In this document: one piece after another, positions 62,085-64,000 of the stretch | How positions within the stretch are numbered: the stretch's first letter is position 1 | How the letters are laid out: each line of letters starts with the position of its first letter | DNA from: an uncultured Acidobacteriota bacterium | GTDB lineage: Bacteria; Acidobacteriota; UBA6911 | Reading direction: 5' to 3' | DNA length: 64,000 nt | Assembly: GCA_963827655.1 (NCBI GenBank) | Contig: CAWHCF010000009.1 | Location: 19,791 to 83,790 of the forward strand | Program-made: the position numbers and the translations under genes | Notes under the pieces: generated by a model | Seen by the model: only the letters and a program-made list of their open reading frames with translations | The model's database searches: none | What the model was told of the DNA's origin: nothing

Positions 62085-62225
62085 ACGCCTGCCATCCCCC
62101 CCTTCAAGACCCGTACGCGCTGGAAACCTGCTTCCAAGAAAAGTTGCGCGGCAATACTCTGCCCCAGTGAGCCCCAAAAAATGCAGCAGGCCATGTGGGG
62201 ACCAGGACAAAATGGGAAAGCAATT
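62085..62225 (-). pseudogene. Rhodanese domain fragment
   Basis: AAQLFLEAGFQRVRVLKGGM. Confidence 0.5.
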
Positions 62226-62277
62226 TGGACGAAGGTCTGTCTCTGCGCGCGCCAGCGAGGCTCGCCACCGTCCTCGA

Positions 62278-63096
62278 TCACGCCAGGGTGACGAGCCGGT
62301 TGTTCTTCGCCGACGGCGTGAACTTGAGTGACTGGAAGAAGAACGCCTGGTAGCAGAGCCCCGAGTCTCCGCATTTGGTGGTCGTGTCTTGACCGTTCAA
62401 AAATTTATCACCGCGGGGAGAGTAGTATGGCCAGAAGCTGATGAATACGTAGCACAGCGACTCCTTGTAGGTGCCGATTGCCGCCATCGGCTGAGTGCGA
62501 ATCATGACGTAGTTGTTGCCGCTCCCGGTGCGATCGACCGACCACGTTATAGTATCGGGCTCCCAGTCGATCATGTAGCGATACGCGCTGGTGCCCCACC
62601 CGCTGGTCGTGTCGATGAGGTCCGTCGGCTTGTCGCCGACCCATAGTTTAGTGTCCGCGATGGTGTGCTGTACGTGGTTCCACCAGACGCACGTCAACAC
62701 GGACTGGGTGCCGCAGGGCTCCTGCGTTTGATCGCAGTGACCGGACATCTCAAAGTCGATCTCCTGGATCTGATCCTGATCGTACTGACTCAGGTAGAAG
62801 GTCGTGCATATACCGCTGCCCTTGCCGACCTTGATCGACTGTTCGTATCGGCCGAACCCGAGCGCGACACCGAGCCGCAACTTGGCCGAGTAAAACTTCT
62901 TGTCGGTGCCAAACACTGCCATGTTCATCGTCGCCATCTCGACGTTGCCGTTCTCCGGACGGGGCGGCGAATAGCTGTAGGTCGCCTTGGGGTTGTACCC
63001 GGCGAGGTTTTGCCAATGCGTCGAATTAAGGCTGTAATAGACGCTGCCGCCCACGACGGTGACACCGTTTGCCGGATCGCTCTTCAATTGAGGCAT
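62278..63096 (-). CDS. Glycoside hydrolase family 16-like protein
   Basis: FGRYE, GICTTFYL, EIDFE, YMIDWEPDTITWSVD. Confidence 0.75.
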   Translation of the reverse strand: MPQLKSDPANGVTVVGGSVYYSLNSTHWQNLAGYNPKATYSYSPPRPENGNVEMATMNMAVFGTDKKFYSAKLRLGVALGFGRYEQSIKVGKGSGICTTFYLSQYDQDQIQEIDFEMSGHCDQTQEPCGTQSVLTCVWWNHVQHTIADTKLWVGDKPTDLIDTTSGWGTSAYRYMIDWEPDTITWSVDRTGSGNNYVMIRTQPMAAIGTYKESLCYVFISFWPYYSPRGDKFLNGQDTTTKCGDSGLCYQAFFFQSLKFTPSAKNNRLVTLA

Positions 63097-63339
63097 ACCT
63101 TAGTCTCCCAAGTCCGCCGCTCGAGCGGACAGTCGAAAAACTGCGTTTTGGATCTACCGTTATCTTGCAGTTGGGGGAGCGAAAATCGGTGACAGTCACT
63201 AAATTGCGCGGTTAACAGCGCCAAACGACGGGTGTTTTGCTGCGCAATTCGGAGCCAGTCACTGATTTTCGCATGATCCATTGGAATTTCGCGACAGAAA
63301 ACTAGGTTAGCAGTTATCAGGGTTCTGTCTCGGCTTGCG

Positions 63340-63425
63340 GCGTGGGCGGGCATCCCCCACAACGCCAACTCGATCGCACGCCGTTCCAACCGGTCCGCCG
63401 AGAACCGCCGCAATGCGTACGCATG
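63340..63425 (-). pseudogene. DUF1254 N-terminal fragment
   Basis: ERRAIELALWGMPA, then the similarity stops. Confidence 0.45.
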
Positions 63426-63518
63426 GAGCAGATTGCCGGCGACCTTTCAGTCGATCTGTACGCGCCGGTTCCTCATGGCGACGGTTACTGGGCGCGGGGA
63501 AAGATGAAATGGGATTTG

Positions 63519-63655
63519 CTAGAGAAGCTCCAGGAACGCGATGATGTCGGCCTTGTCCTGCGGGGTGAAGCCGGGGAAGCCGAATTGAGCTCCGGCACGC
63601 CGCATGAAGAAGTCGTAATGCTCCATCACGTCCGAAAGCGTTTTCGCCGAATTGT
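63519..63655 (-). pseudogene. Cytochrome c peroxidase-like C-terminal fragment
   Basis: NSAKTLSDVMEHY...TPQDKADIIAFLELL*. Confidence 0.5.
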
Positions 63656-64000
63656 GCCTCTACCACCGAACGCCCTCTGACGTCAGAAACAGCGACCGGT
63701 TCTTGTGCAAGGTCGGCACCCTTTGAGTGCTTGAACGCGGGCACTAAGCCCGCGTTGCAGTGCACGCCGACGAAGCGAGCTTCGTCGAGGGGGAGCCCGC
63801 GGGGAGCTTCGAGTGCTTCACGCTCTCGAACATCCTCGACGGCGGGGACGAGGCGTACCGCGGGCGGCTTCTCGCCGCGGAAGACCGTGCGGTGCTGTGG
63901 GGGAGCGTCGTGGTGATCTAGGACGGCTCCGGTCCTCCCAGTCGGTCCACTCGACCGGTGCTTCGCGAGGTAGGCGCTCACCGCCTCGCCCAGCATCTCC

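Noticed and set aside
63307-63996. 229-aa minus-strand ORF at the window end
   Set aside because: It crosses several unrelated fragments read in other frames and has no coherent motif.

Overview
GC-rich bacterial window; the gene content suggests Acidobacteriota or a similar soil lineage (inference). No rRNA, intact tRNA or CRISPR array was seen. (1) 1-13.2 kb is a cluster I cannot match to a characterised pathway. It encodes a DUF116/polyprenyl-synthase-like gene (cut by the window edge), a radical SAM/SPASM enzyme, a 2x[4Fe-4S] protein, a stand-alone HdrA-N-terminal-like protein, a GcvH-like lipoyl carrier, a DndA-type cysteine desulfurase, a lipoate ligase and a CobW GTPase. Nested in it are an ArsR regulator and a TonB receptor-PhyH dioxygenase-MFS-ArsI fusion operon with a palindromic operator. 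(2) 15-49 kb holds an iron-uptake operon with a Fur-like box and assorted metabolic genes (nitrilases, hydrolases, DegT, Mo-oxidoreductase, kynA-kynU, PhnA-like, PQQ dehydrogenase), plus an IS1182 remnant. (3) 40-64 kb is a mosaic accessory region. It has an Hhe-like DUF4011-helicase-nuclease defence gene, a JAB-like small gene, many gene fragments, and four nested co-oriented copies of an IS91/ISCR-like oriIS end. Three repeat families are visible: the oriIS ends, a 232-bp MITE (2 copies, TWA target duplications) and a ~165-bp REP-doublet element. Many single-base frameshifts in otherwise intact genes look like long-read errors. All family assignments come from motif recognition by eye, not database searches.
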